Notes: generated by a model from the letters alone, not told the origin. 49,766 bases of DNA from Thermoanaerobaculia bacterium (GCA_036003305.1 DASYSN010000048.1:1-49766); one strand, 5' to 3'. Positions 9,200 to 19,459 are shown, counted from the stretch's first letter. Numbers and translations are program-made.

Positions 9200-10583
9200 T
9201 GCCCGGCTCCTGACTTTCCTGGTCGCTCTCCTTCTCCCCGCCTCTGCCGCATTCGCAAATCAGCAGCTCGTCCTCAGCCGTACGCAGGCACCCGAGAGTG
9301 CCGACTACAAAGGGCTGGTGGACGTCGCGATCGACCCCGGCTTCGACGCCGAAAAGGTCTCGATCGCCGTCGATGGCGAGCAGGTGCTCCAGGCGCTCCA
9401 TTCTCCCTACCGCGTCACGGTCGACCTCGGGCAAAGCGTCATTCAGCACAAGATCACCGTCACGGCATGGACGAAGGAACGGAAGCGCGCGCAGTGGAGC
9501 GAAACGATCAACCGCGGCCACATGCCGCTCACCGTGAAGATCCAAGCAACGGACGCCGCGAAAGGCGAGTTCGACATCGCGACCACGGCGCCGGATGACG
9601 ACCCGATCTCGGTGGTCGAGCTGTGGAACAACGGAAACGTCGTCGCGAAGCTGGACCAGCCGCCGTATCACCTGACAGTTCCTCCGGCGACGCTCGCCAC
9701 CGGGTTCGTGGAGGTGACGGCGCGCACGAAGTCGGGCGACGAAGCGGCCGACTTCTGGTCGTCCGCCGGCGACGTGAAGGTCGACAACGTCGACGTCCGC
9801 ACCGTTCCGCTGTTCGTGTCGGTCGTCGACCGCAACGGCACCACGCGCGACGACGTCGATCGCGCGCTGTTCAAGATCATCGACGGCGGCACGGAAGGGA
9901 AGATCCTGCAGTTCAGCAAGGCGTTCGACCAGCCGATCTCGATCGCGCTGCTGATCGATGCGTCGGCCAGCATGGCGTACTCGATGTCCGACGTGACGAA
10001 GGCGGCGCACACGTTCGTGGAACGGACGCTGAAGAAGGGCGACCGCTGCTCGCTGTACGCGATCCGCGACGTGCCGCGGGTGCTCCAGCCGCTGACGGAC
10101 GATCAGGCGGCGATCGGCCACGCGCTCGACAAGATGGTCGCCACCGGCGAGACCGCGCTCTACGACGGCATCGACACGGCGATCCGCGATCTGAAGAACG
10201 AGAAGTACCGGCGCGCGATCGTGGTGCTCACGGACGGCGGCGACAACGACTCGCTCGACACATGGGACGACGTGGAAAAGATGGCGCGCGAGGCGGGCAT
10301 CCCGATCTACTTCCTCGCGTACGAAAGCCTGGAGCAGACCGCCGCGCGCGATTTCGACCGGATGACGTTCCTCGCGAGCGAGACCGGCGGTTTCGTGGCG
10401 CGTGCCACGCCGGAGACGTTGATGGCGAAGTACACCGACATCGAGAAGGATCTCCGGGCGCAGTTCGCCATCACGTATCAGGTGACGTCGTTCGCGAAGC
10501 ACAACGAGTGGCGCACGGTGCGCGTGCTCCTCAGCTCGCCGAAGCTGACGGCGCGGACGATCGGCGGGTATTTCGCGCCTTAG
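9162..10583 (+). CDS. VWA domain protein (VWFA-related acidobacterial-type architecture)
   Basis: It has a signal peptide and beta-sandwich repeats, then a VWA domain with the MIDAS motif LLIDASASM and VVLTDGGDNDS. The segment VRTVPLFVSVVDRNG...FKIIDGG preceding the VWA domain matches the layout I associate with TIGR03436. Confidence 0.75.
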   Translation: MKAVRIIRSLRTDARLLTFLVALLLPASAAFANQQLVLSRTQAPESADYKGLVDVAIDPGFDAEKVSIAVDGEQVLQALHSPYRVTVDLGQSVIQHKITVTAWTKERKRAQWSETINRGHMPLTVKIQATDAAKGEFDIATTAPDDDPISVVELWNNGNVVAKLDQPPYHLTVPPATLATGFVEVTARTKSGDEAADFWSSAGDVKVDNVDVRTVPLFVSVVDRNGTTRDDVDRALFKIIDGGTEGKILQFSKAFDQPISIALLIDASASMAYSMSDVTKAAHTFVERTLKKGDRCSLYAIRDVPRVLQPLTDDQAAIGHALDKMVATGETALYDGIDTAIRDLKNEKYRRAIVVLTDGGDNDSLDTWDDVEKMAREAGIPIYFLAYESLEQTAARDFDRMTFLASETGGFVARATPETLMAKYTDIEKDLRAQFAITYQVTSFAKHNEWRTVRVLLSSPKLTARTIGGYFAP

Positions 10584-10610
10584 GACCCGCCGCATAAACT
10601 CCGCGCTGTT

Positions 10611-13600
10611 TTGACATCGAACGTCACCGCTCAACTCCGCGCCGAGGTCGCCCGCAGCGAGTTCCTGAAACTCGCGGTCGAGACCGAGCATCGCCTCGAC
10701 ATCACGGGCGCCTCGTTCGAAGCGCGCGCGCTCATCCTCGCCGCGCTTCATGAACGGACGCGGCGGCGGCTGGCGATCGTCGTTCCGGGCGATGCGGCGA
10801 TCGACGACTTCGAGGCGGCGCTCAAGCTATTCCACATCGACCCGCCCTGCGTCTCGACGTATCCCTCCCCTTCGCTCTCGCCGTACCAGGACGTCGGGCC
10901 GGCGCTCGGCGTGGTACGCGAGGAAGTCCGCGCGCTCGGGATGCTCATCGAGCAGCGCACCGACGTCCTCATCGTCCCCGTCCGCGCGCTCTTCTCGCGG
11001 CTCCCGCGGCCGGAGACGTTCGCGGCGCGGATGATCTCGCTCGCGGAGAACGAGGAGATCGACGTCCAGCAGATCCTTCAGGCTCTCGTGGAAAACGGCT
11101 TCGTGCGCACGGACCTCGTCGGCGAGGCGGGCGAGTTCGCGTTCCGCGGCGGCATCCTCGACGTCTTTCCGCCGAACGCGGAGAAGCCGGTGCGCGTGGA
11201 GCTGTTCGGTGACACGATCGACTCGCTCCGCTGGTTCGATCCGGAGTCGCAGCGCAGCGAGGACCCGGCGCCGCCGCTGACGATCCTCCCGATGTCGCAC
11301 TTCCCGCTCTCGCGCGAGGTGCGCAACGCGCTCGCGCGCCGTCTCTCGCTCGATTTCAACCATCCGATCTACAAGCACGACGTCGCCGAGAAGATCGAAC
11401 GGCTACAGGAGAACGGAACGTTTCCCGGGATCGAGCACTACGTCCATGCCGCGGTCGACAGCGTGTCGTTCGCCGAGTACCTCCGCGACTGGACGGTCGT
11501 CCTCGTCGAGCCGGACGCGATCACGTCGAGCGTCGCGAAGTACGAGTCGATGCTCAACGCGGAGTTCGAGGCGGCCTCCGAGAAGGGGCGCGCGGTCTAT
11601 CGCCCGGAGAAGCTCGTCACGCCGGGCGTCGAGATTCTCGCGTTCGTCGGCAGCTCGCGCCTCGCGCTGAGCGAGGTGCACATCGCGTCGAAGGAGTTCG
11701 ACGAGCTGCGCGTCCACGCGCCGCAGACCGACCGCTACACGAACCGGCTGCCGGAGTTCACGACCGACGTGCTCCGCGCGCGCGACGAGAACAAACGCCA
11801 GGTCTTCTTCGCAGCGACGAAAGGCGGCGCCGAGAAGGCGGAGCGGCTGTTGAAGGAGTTCAATGTCCCGCTCTCAACGGAAGTATTCGGGAGCGAGATC
11901 CTCATCGCCTCCGGTCATCTCGCGCGCGGCTTCTCGTTCGACGAGATCAATCTCATCGCGTGGAGCGAGTGGGACCTCTTCGAGCCGCCCACTTCCTCCG
12001 GACGCGTCGGCAGCCGGCGCCGCAAGTCGGAAGCGTTCATCACCGACCTGCGCGATCTGAAGGTCGGCGACCTGATCGTCCACGTCGATCACGGCATCGG
12101 CCGCTTCCTCGGCCTGCAGCGCATCCCATTCGGCGAGACGGAGCGCGAGGTGATGGAGATCGAGTACAGCGGCGGCGGCAAGCTGCTGATGCCGATGGAG
12201 AATCTGAACCTGATTCAGAAGTACTCCGGCGGCGGCGAGGAAGCAAAGCCGCAGCTCGACAAGCTCGGCGGCACGACGTGGGCGCGCAAGAAGGCCTCGG
12301 TCAAGAAGGCGATGCGCGACATGGCCGACGAGCTGCTCAAGCTCTACGCCACGCGGCAGATGGTGCACGGCCACGCCTTCAGCAAAGACTCGCCGTGGCA
12401 GTTCGAGTTCGAGGAGACGTTCGAGTTCGACGAGACGGACGACCAGATCGCCGCGATCGAGGACGTGAAGGCCGACATGGAGTCGCGCCGTCCGATGGAC
12501 CGCCTCCTCTGCGGCGACGTCGGATACGGCAAGACCGAGGTGGCGATGCGCGCTGCGTTCAAAGCGGTGATGGACGGGAAGCAGGTGGCGATCCTCGCGC
12601 CGACGACGATTCTGGCCTACCAGCATTACCGCACCTTCCTCCGCCGCTTCGCGAGCTTCCCCGTCACGATCGAGCTGCTGACGCGCTACTACTCGGCGAA
12701 GGAGCAGCGCGAGATCGTGCAGAAGCTGGAAGCGGGCGAGATCGACGTCATCATCGGCACGCACCGCGTCCTCTCGAAGGACATCCACTTCAAGGACCTC
12801 GGCTTCCTCGTCATCGACGAAGAGCAGCGTTTCGGCGTCGCGCAGAAGGAGCGCCTGAAGCAGATGAAGAAGGCGGTCGACGTCCTCTCGATGTCCGCGA
12901 CGCCGATCCCGCGCACGCTGCACATGTCGATGGTCGGCATCCGCGACATCTCGGTCATCGAGACGCCGCCGAAGGACCGGCTCGCGATTCAGACCGCGCT
13001 CGTCCCGTTCAACGACGAGTTCATCCGCGACGCGATCGCTTTCGAGGTCGATCGCGGCGGACAGGTCTTCTTCGTCCACAACCGCGTCGAGTCGATCCAC
13101 GCGATGAAGGAGTACCTCGAGAGGATCCTCCCCGGCTTGCGCGTCGCGGTCGGCCACGGTCAGATGGACGAGCGCGAGCTCGAGCGCGTGATGTTCGCGT
13201 TCATCAGCCGCGAGTTCGACGTCCTCCTCGCCACGACGATCATCGAGAACGGCATCGACATCCCGGCCTGCAACACGATCCTGATCAATCACGCCGAGCG
13301 CTTCGGCCTCTCGCAGCTCTACCAGCTTCGTGGCCGCGTCGGCCGCAGCGACCGTCTGGCGTTCTGTTACCTGCTCGTCCCGAGCGACCGCGTGCTGAGC
13401 GGCGACGCGCGGAAGCGCCTCTCCGCCATCCAGGAGTTCTCCGACCTCGGCGCCGGCTTCCGCATCGCCGCGAAGGACCTCGAGATCCGCGGCTCCGGCA
13501 ACATCCTCGGCGGCGAGCAGTCCGGCGAGATCGCGGCGGTCGGTTTCGAGATGTACACGAAGCTGCTCGAGGAGGCGATTCGCGAACTGAAGGGCGAGAA

Positions 13601-14045
13601 GATCGAGGAGGAGGTCTCGACGTCGATGAACCTCGGCGTCGACATCTACATCCCGCACGAGTACATCGCCGACGAGAACCTCCGGATGACCTTCTACAAG
13701 AAGATCGCCTCGGCCACGACCGACGTGCGCCTCGACGATATCCGCGGCGAGATGCGCGAACGGTTCGGCGCGTTACCGGCAAACGTCGAGAACCTCCTCC
13801 ACTTCGTAAAGGTGAAGCACTTCGCGCAGCAGCTAGGCGTGATCAGCATCGTCCGCGAAGGAGCGCGCGGGGTGATCAAGCTGACGCAGAACGCGCGCAT
13901 CGACCCGAACAAGCTTCTGGCGCTCATTCAGGAGAACCCGAACATCAAGTTCTCCCCGAACGGCGTCCTCTCCTTCCCGATCAAAGCGCACGGCGCCGAG
14001 GTCATCGATGCGATCGAAGGGCTCCTCGGCGCGCTGGCAGCTTAG
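10611..14045 (+). CDS. mfd: transcription-repair coupling factor
   Basis: 1144 aa with a TTG start. It has the CarD/TRCF domain (LKVGDLIVHVDHGIGRF), helicase motif I LLCGDVGYGKTEVA, the DEEQ box LVIDEEQRFG and motif VI QLRGRVGRS. Confidence 0.95.
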   Translation: MTSNVTAQLRAEVARSEFLKLAVETEHRLDITGASFEARALILAALHERTRRRLAIVVPGDAAIDDFEAALKLFHIDPPCVSTYPSPSLSPYQDVGPALGVVREEVRALGMLIEQRTDVLIVPVRALFSRLPRPETFAARMISLAENEEIDVQQILQALVENGFVRTDLVGEAGEFAFRGGILDVFPPNAEKPVRVELFGDTIDSLRWFDPESQRSEDPAPPLTILPMSHFPLSREVRNALARRLSLDFNHPIYKHDVAEKIERLQENGTFPGIEHYVHAAVDSVSFAEYLRDWTVVLVEPDAITSSVAKYESMLNAEFEAASEKGRAVYRPEKLVTPGVEILAFVGSSRLALSEVHIASKEFDELRVHAPQTDRYTNRLPEFTTDVLRARDENKRQVFFAATKGGAEKAERLLKEFNVPLSTEVFGSEILIASGHLARGFSFDEINLIAWSEWDLFEPPTSSGRVGSRRRKSEAFITDLRDLKVGDLIVHVDHGIGRFLGLQRIPFGETEREVMEIEYSGGGKLLMPMENLNLIQKYSGGGEEAKPQLDKLGGTTWARKKASVKKAMRDMADELLKLYATRQMVHGHAFSKDSPWQFEFEETFEFDETDDQIAAIEDVKADMESRRPMDRLLCGDVGYGKTEVAMRAAFKAVMDGKQVAILAPTTILAYQHYRTFLRRFASFPVTIELLTRYYSAKEQREIVQKLEAGEIDVIIGTHRVLSKDIHFKDLGFLVIDEEQRFGVAQKERLKQMKKAVDVLSMSATPIPRTLHMSMVGIRDISVIETPPKDRLAIQTALVPFNDEFIRDAIAFEVDRGGQVFFVHNRVESIHAMKEYLERILPGLRVAVGHGQMDERELERVMFAFISREFDVLLATTIIENGIDIPACNTILINHAERFGLSQLYQLRGRVGRSDRLAFCYLLVPSDRVLSGDARKRLSAIQEFSDLGAGFRIAAKDLEIRGSGNILGGEQSGEIAAVGFEMYTKLLEEAIRELKGEKIEEEVSTSMNLGVDIYIPHEYIADENLRMTFYKKIASATTDVRLDDIRGEMRERFGALPANVENLLHFVKVKHFAQQLGVISIVREGARGVIKLTQNARIDPNKLLALIQENPNIKFSPNGVLSFPIKAHGAEVIDAIEGLLGALAA

Positions 14046-15019
14046 ACCCCAAAGAAGTCGAGATCGCTCGATGCGAAGTCGCCCGATGCGAGAGAGACCC
14101 ACCCGTCTCCGGTGGTGTTGTCTGTGCTGCTCGCATACGCGATGAAACTGGCGAAGGTGGTGATGTCGGAGCTGCTGAAGATGATGTTGAGCGCTCCGAA
14201 GCTACCCGCCGGCGCGGCCTGCTGGACCATGCCGTAGGCGGGAACGGTCACGTCGAGCGTCGCGGACTGGTTGTTCTCGCCCATAAACGTCAGGTGGAAC
14301 GTGTGCGAGACCGAGTCGGTGTTCACGATGCCCCAGTTCGTCCTGTAAGAGCTGTCCTGACGAAGGCCGAGCGAAGCGCCCTCGTTGAACATGGTGGCGT
14401 TGTCGGGGTCGACGCCGGGGAACTCCTGCGAAACGGTGCCATTCGAGCCGGGCTGCTTGGTGTAGATGCGCGAGAAGCCGTCGATGCCTGCATCGAAGAT
14501 GAACGAACCGCCGGCCGATGGAATGACGACGATCGATCCGAGGCCGCTCTGGCGGAGGGTGTTGGCCACGAAGTCGGGATAGGTGTTGAACGTGTTTGGC
14601 TGCAGGGTGAGCGTGATGACGTTCGTGCCGGTGGTCGCGAGCGTGTTCGACGACCCTGCCGGCCACCACATCACAACCACGTCATGCGCCGCCGCTTCGT
14701 AGTTGACGAGCGTGACATCGGAGCGGAAGAAGAGCGCTCCTCCGCCGCCTGCGACGCTGCCGGCCGCCGGAATGACGATCACACGCGACGAACGGCTGTC
14801 GGTGACCGCGCTCGTGTGAACCGTCCCGCTCGGAGCGGCGGTGTGCCTCGCGGCGACATAGTCACGCCACTGCCCGTAAACACGGGCGGCAACGTCAGCC
14901 GTTACACTCTGCGTCTCCGGGTTCGTGATCGTGAGGCTCCTCATGCGGGCGCTGAGGGAAGGTCGCGCAAAGAGCGGGAGCGCGATGAGCAGGGTGGCAA
15001 GCAGAGCTATCTTCTTCAT
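14042..15019 (-). CDS. secreted protein of unknown function (paralogous to the C-terminal domain of 17891..19459)
   Basis: GGAGGA lies upstream of the ATG at 15019, and MKKIALLATLLIALPLFA is a signal peptide. It shares the blocks VIPAAGSVAGGGGALFFRSDVTLVN, FSRIY, YRTNWGIVN and AYASSTDNTTGDGW with the other protein. Confidence 0.7.
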   Translation of the reverse strand: MKKIALLATLLIALPLFARPSLSARMRSLTITNPETQSVTADVAARVYGQWRDYVAARHTAAPSGTVHTSAVTDSRSSRVIVIPAAGSVAGGGGALFFRSDVTLVNYEAAAHDVVVMWWPAGSSNTLATTGTNVITLTLQPNTFNTYPDFVANTLRQSGLGSIVVIPSAGGSFIFDAGIDGFSRIYTKQPGSNGTVSQEFPGVDPDNATMFNEGASLGLRQDSSYRTNWGIVNTDSVSHTFHLTFMGENNQSATLDVTVPAYGMVQQAAPAGSFGALNIIFSSSDITTFASFIAYASSTDNTTGDGWVSLASGDFASSDLDFFGV

Positions 15020-15125
15020 GGGTCCTCCAGTGGACACTTCGAACAGATCGTAGTCTCTCCACACCTACGATTGAGCACGCGAATCGTCAAATTTCGAGCT
15101 ACACTCCGCCTCGGTCCTTCGTTCC

Positions 15126-16013
15126 ATGCGTCGCTGCGTTCCGCTGCTCATCCTCCTCGCGGCACTCGCCTGTCATCGCAAGTCTTCCACTCCGCCGGAA
15201 GTCGTTGCGCGTGTTGGCGATCGGATGCTCACGCTTGCCGATTTCAAGCGTTACCTGGAGCGCAACGCGGGCACGGACCTCTCCCAGGTGAACCCGGAGG
15301 TCGCGAGCGCGATGCTCGACCAGTGGGTGGACGAGATCGTTCTCAGCGAGTACGCGGCGACGCACGGCGTGGAAGTGCCGGCCGAGGCGATCGCGCAGTC
15401 GGTCCGGAACGACGCGGGGTCGACCGTGATCGAGAAGCGCGACGAGATGCGGCGGCAGAAGCTGATCGCGAGCCTCAACGCCGACGTCCCCGATCCGACC
15501 GACGACGACATCCGCGCCGAGTACGACAAGCACCCGAACGAGTTCAAGAGCGGCGAGGAGGTGCACGTGCGCCAGATCCTCGTGCACGACGAGAATCTCG
15601 CGAACCAGATCGTGGAGCGGCTGAAGAAGGGGGAGCACTTCGAGGACCTCTCGAGCAGGTACTCCCTCGCACCCAACGCGAAGAAAGGGGGCGACATCGG
15701 CTACGTCAGCCGCGGCGAGCTCCCGAAGATGTTCGAGGACGTCATCTTCGCGCTCAAGCCGGGGCAGATCAGCAACGTGATCAGGACCGACTCGAGCTTC
15801 CACGTCTTCCGCGTCGATGAGCGGCGCCCCCCGGGGACGATCGACCTGCAGACCGCGGCGCCTGTCATCCAGCAGCGCCTCCACGAGGACGCCGTCCGCG
15901 ACCGGATCGCTCAGCTCGTCTCGAAGAGCCGCAGCGACATGCAGATCACGATCTTGACGCGCCGCCTCCCCTTCAAATACACCGGTACCCTCCCCAAGTC
16001 GGAAAACGAATAA
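15126..16013 (+). CDS. peptidyl-prolyl cis-trans isomerase, parvulin type (PrsA/SurA-like lipoprotein)
   Basis: It has the lipobox LAALAC. The parvulin domain reads VHVRQILV...GGDIGYVSRGELPKMFEDVIF...FHVFRV. Confidence 0.85.
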   Translation: MRRCVPLLILLAALACHRKSSTPPEVVARVGDRMLTLADFKRYLERNAGTDLSQVNPEVASAMLDQWVDEIVLSEYAATHGVEVPAEAIAQSVRNDAGSTVIEKRDEMRRQKLIASLNADVPDPTDDDIRAEYDKHPNEFKSGEEVHVRQILVHDENLANQIVERLKKGEHFEDLSSRYSLAPNAKKGGDIGYVSRGELPKMFEDVIFALKPGQISNVIRTDSSFHVFRVDERRPPGTIDLQTAAPVIQQRLHEDAVRDRIAQLVSKSRSDMQITILTRRLPFKYTGTLPKSENE

Positions 16014-16074
16014 ATACCGCCCCGTTACCGGTTACCAGTTGCCGCGTCACAGTAAGGAAACCAGCGACTACCGC

Positions 16075-17049
16075 ATGAAAAAGACACTTCTTGCCCTCAG
16101 CATCGCCCTCGTCGCGACCGCCGCCACCGCGGCCCAGGTCGTGGAGGCCATCGTGATCCGGGTCGGCGACCGCATCGTCACGCGTACTCAGTACGAGAAA
16201 CGCCTTCGGGAAGGGCTCAACGAGATCGACCAGACGGTCCCCGCCGCGCAACAGGCGGCGAAGAAAGCGGAGTACCGCAAGGGCCTGACCGAGGACATCA
16301 TCTCCGAGCTCCTGGTGAAGGATCGCGCCGACCGCCTCGGCCTGACCGTCACTGATCCGGAGATCAAGGAGGCGGTCGCCCGGCTCAAGGAGCAGTACGG
16401 GATCAGGACCGACCAGCAGTTCGACGAGTCGCTCAAGCAGTCCGGCATGACCCGCGCCGACATGGAGGCGCGCCTACGCGACACCATCCTCACCAACAAG
16501 GTGTTTTCGAAAGAGCTCCGTGGCCGCGAGGACATGACCGACAAGGAACTCCGCGAACGGTACGACCGCGAGAAGGAGCACTACCGGCTTCCCGAGCGTG
16601 CCCACCTGCGCGCCATCATCGTGACGCGACCGGATGACCCGGCCGCCGCGGCGAAAGCCGAGCAGCGCGTCAACCAGATCGCGCAGGACGCCCGCGTCGC
16701 GCCGGATTTTGCGAAGTACGCCGCCTCCGTCCCTGAGAACGCGATGAAGGAGAAGGGCGGCGACATGGGCGAGGTCGCCCGCGGCGAGCTCCTCCCCGAT
16801 CTCGACAAGGCCGTCTTCAACGCGCAGTCCGGCGACATCATCGGACCCATCGCGACCAAATCCGGATGGCACATCCTGAAGGTGGAACAGCGCCTCCCGT
16901 CCGAGATCCCGGCGTTCGAATCAGTGAAGGACAAGCTTCGCAAGGACGTCACCGACGAGACCTTCCAGCGCGACTACAAGGTGTACATCGAGCGCCTCCG
17001 GAAGGATGCGTACATCGAGATTCACGACAAGAACCTCCCGACGGCCTAG
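16075..17049 (+). CDS. SurA-like chaperone / parvulin peptidyl-prolyl isomerase
   Basis: MKKTLLALSIALVATAATAAQ is a signal peptide. An N-terminal SurA-like helical domain is followed by a parvulin domain, AHLRAIIV...GGDMGEVARGEL...SGWHILKV. Confidence 0.85.
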   Translation: MKKTLLALSIALVATAATAAQVVEAIVIRVGDRIVTRTQYEKRLREGLNEIDQTVPAAQQAAKKAEYRKGLTEDIISELLVKDRADRLGLTVTDPEIKEAVARLKEQYGIRTDQQFDESLKQSGMTRADMEARLRDTILTNKVFSKELRGREDMTDKELRERYDREKEHYRLPERAHLRAIIVTRPDDPAAAAKAEQRVNQIAQDARVAPDFAKYAASVPENAMKEKGGDMGEVARGELLPDLDKAVFNAQSGDIIGPIATKSGWHILKVEQRLPSEIPAFESVKDKLRKDVTDETFQRDYKVYIERLRKDAYIEIHDKNLPTA

Positions 17050-17065
17050 CCACCACCGATTCCAC

Positions 17066-17112
17066 ACGGCGTATCCGAGTGCACACGATCCTTTGCACCT
17101 CGGGTACGCCGT
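17066..17112 (+). terminator. long stem-loop downstream of the SurA-like gene (probable intrinsic terminator)
   Basis: ACGGCGTATCCGAGTGCA / TGCACCTCGGGTACGCCGT form a stem of about 18 bp with one bulge and one G-U pair, around a 10-nt loop. The stem is followed by TCTTCCCTTCCC, an imperfect U-tract. Confidence 0.5.
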
Positions 17113-17170
17113 TCTTCCCTTCCCAGTAGAATCCGCGAGGTCTCCGGCTCACTCGTCTTAGCCTCAGGTC

Positions 17171-17857
17171 ATGACTGATGTGATTCGTGACCTTCCCTGT
17201 GACGACCGTCCTCGCGAGCGGCTCCGGCAGCACGGAGCCGGATCGCTCTCGAATGCCGAGCTGCTCTCGATTCTCCTCGGCTCCGGCACGCCGGGAAAGA
17301 ACGCAATCCAGCTCGCGCGGGAGCTCTTGAAGGAAGGTGGCTGGCGTGGTCTCAACGAACGCGACGTCGGGAACGTTTCGAAGACGCGCGGCATCGGAAT
17401 CGCGAAGGCGACGCGCATCGCCGCCGCGTTCGAGATGTCACGGCGCCTCGCCTGCGAGACCTTCCCCGAGGAACCGGAGCCGCCTCCGTACGAGCTCGAG
17501 GAGTTCGGCACGAACCTCGTGCGCACGATGGGCGGCCATCGCCAGGAACGTCTCGGCGCGGTCCTGCTCGACGCCCATCACCGCATCCTCGACCAGAAAG
17601 AGATCTTCACCGGGACGATTGCGAACGCGCTCGTCTCGACGCGCGATCTCGTCGTCTTCGCGATCCTGACGCACGCCGCGATCGGCGTCGTCCTGTATCA
17701 CAACCATCCGTCGGGAATGGCGCAGCCGAGCGAGGAGGACATCGAGTTCACGCGGAAGATCAAGCACTCGCTCTGGTACGTCGACATCGAGCTCGTCGAC
17801 CACATCATCGTCGGCAAGCACTCGTTCACGTCATTGAAGACGAGGGGCGTGTGTTGA
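17171..17857 (+). CDS. radC: RadC-family JAB/MPN domain protein
   Basis: The N-terminal helix-hairpin-helix region reads SNAELLSILLGSGTPGKNA. The JAB motif is VLYHNHPSGMAQPSEEDIEFT. Confidence 0.9.
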   Translation: MTDVIRDLPCDDRPRERLRQHGAGSLSNAELLSILLGSGTPGKNAIQLARELLKEGGWRGLNERDVGNVSKTRGIGIAKATRIAAAFEMSRRLACETFPEEPEPPPYELEEFGTNLVRTMGGHRQERLGAVLLDAHHRILDQKEIFTGTIANALVSTRDLVVFAILTHAAIGVVLYHNHPSGMAQPSEEDIEFTRKIKHSLWYVDIELVDHIIVGKHSFTSLKTRGVC

Positions 17858-17890
17858 GCAACACCCGCCCCTTCGGAGCCCCGAGCCGCT

Positions 17891-19459
17891 TTACTGCGTC
17901 GGCGTCGAGGACGTCTGACCGACGCTCGGGAGGATGAACGAGCCGTCGCCGCTGACGTTGTCCACGACGGACGCGTAGGCGTAAATCGGGCTGCCCGCGA
18001 GGAACGAAACCGCGGACGCACCGACGTCGCCGGTGATGAACGGGAACGCGGCGCCGGTGGTACCGGCAAGCGGCATCTGCATGTGCTGCCACGGCGCGAG
18101 CGTGATGATGTTCGTCGCGAGCGTGGCACCGCTGTTCGTCCGGAGCTGCATTGCGACGCTGGTCGGACTGTCGCTCGGGTTGAAGAGGCCGACGTTCGTG
18201 CGGGCGTTCATCGAGCCGGTCACGTTCCCGGTGACCGAGTTGACCGTGCCGACCAAGATGCCCTGCGACACTGCCTGTGCGCGTGTCAGGCCCGGAACGT
18301 TCTGACCGAAGGTCCCTTTTCCGTTCGCGGTCTGGTCGTTATAGATGCGCGCGTTGGCGAAGACGCTGCCGGAAGTGAGGATGCGCAGCGCGCCGATGCC
18401 GGTGAGCGCGTTGTTGAAGAGCGCAGACGCGATGTCCGTACTTACCTGAGCCGCGCCGGCGTTGATCGATGACGTGGCCGCGAGCAGGGCCGTGGAGCTC
18501 GACGGACCCTCAGGGAAGTACTGCAGGTACACCGTCGCGGGCGTGCCTTGGTTGTTGTTGTACAGGTTGAGGTCCGTTCTCCACATCGTGTTGTTGAGAC
18601 CGGGGACCGAGCCGACGACCGGGATGAACAGTTCGTTATTCGTTCCGACGTTGCCGGTCACAGCGCCGTTCGCGAACGCCTGGGTAGCAATGCCGAGGCT
18701 GAACGCGCTCGGGTTGCAGAGAAGCTGTTGCGCGGTCACCATGTCGATGGTGGTCGTTCCGGTAAAGCGGCCATTCACCACCGTGTCGCCGTGGGCGAAA
18801 GTGACGGGGTTGCCGCCGAGGGGCGTCAGAGTGAAGCCGGTTGCGGTGTTGCCGATCCCGTTGGTCGAAATGTCGTAAGTGAGGGTGTACGTCTGCCCGC
18901 CCGGATTCGGCGAGAGACTGAAAGCGAAGGTGCCAGAACCGCCGGGGGCTCCGTTGGCACCACCCGAGAGCGTACCGCCGAACTGCTGCGCATTCGCCGG
19001 CACGAGCGTTCCGCGAACCGCGCCGTTCGGAAAGTCAGCCGTCGTGATGACGAAGTAGTAGTTCTGTGGGTTCGCCTCGATCGCGGTGAGGAGCGACGGA
19101 TCGATCGTCAGCGTCCGGTTGAGCTGGCCGCCGGTGAAGTTCGAAGTCGAGGTCGTGAACGTCTGGACGGCGGTGCCGTTGGTTCCGGGCGCTCCCTGAT
19201 AGAGCGTGATGCCGGTGATGTTGTTCAGGCCCATCGTGTTCGAAGTGATGACAGCCTGTCCGTTGTTGTTGAATACGATCGTCGCGTTGGCGAAGCCGTT
19301 GTTCAGGCCACTCGAGCCGACGACGTTGTTGCCGAGGAGCGACGCGTTGAAAGTCGGATTCAGGACATTGTTCGTGCACTGCGTCTGAGCGAACGCAGCG
19401 ATTGGTGCGAGAAACAGCACGAGTGCGAGTAGAGACAGTTTTCTCATAGGCGGAGTCAC
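17891..19459 (-). CDS. secreted protein with two CHRD-like domains plus a C-terminal domain paralogous to 14042..15019
   Basis: It has the signal peptide MRKLSLLALVLFLAPIAAFA. There are two modules of about 130 aa, each ending in a CHRD-like tail (NYYFVITTADFPNGAVRGTLV; FSLGIATQAFANGAVTGNV). The C-terminal part reads FIPVVGSVPGLNNTMWRTDLNLYN ... AYASVVDNVSGDGS. Confidence 0.6.
   Translation of the reverse strand: MTPPMRKLSLLALVLFLAPIAAFAQTQCTNNVLNPTFNASLLGNNVVGSSGLNNGFANATIVFNNNGQAVITSNTMGLNNITGITLYQGAPGTNGTAVQTFTTSTSNFTGGQLNRTLTIDPSLLTAIEANPQNYYFVITTADFPNGAVRGTLVPANAQQFGGTLSGGANGAPGGSGTFAFSLSPNPGGQTYTLTYDISTNGIGNTATGFTLTPLGGNPVTFAHGDTVVNGRFTGTTTIDMVTAQQLLCNPSAFSLGIATQAFANGAVTGNVGTNNELFIPVVGSVPGLNNTMWRTDLNLYNNNQGTPATVYLQYFPEGPSSSTALLAATSSINAGAAQVSTDIASALFNNALTGIGALRILTSGSVFANARIYNDQTANGKGTFGQNVPGLTRAQAVSQGILVGTVNSVTGNVTGSMNARTNVGLFNPSDSPTSVAMQLRTNSGATLATNIITLAPWQHMQMPLAGTTGAAFPFITGDVGASAVSFLAGSPIYAYASVVDNVSGDGSFILPSVGQTSSTPTQ

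Noticed and set aside
8853-13658. Minus-strand ORFs 8853..10751 (632 aa) and 11874..13658 (594 aa)
   Set aside because: They are antisense to the VWA and mfd genes. Their Arg/Asp/Leu-rich translations show no motifs.
11960-15820. 1286-aa plus-strand ORF, the longest in the window
   Set aside because: Its translation is Arg/Pro/Gly/Asp-rich low-complexity sequence. It overlaps mfd out of frame, and also the minus-strand secreted-protein gene and the first PPIase gene. This is typical of stop-free alternative frames in high-G+C DNA.
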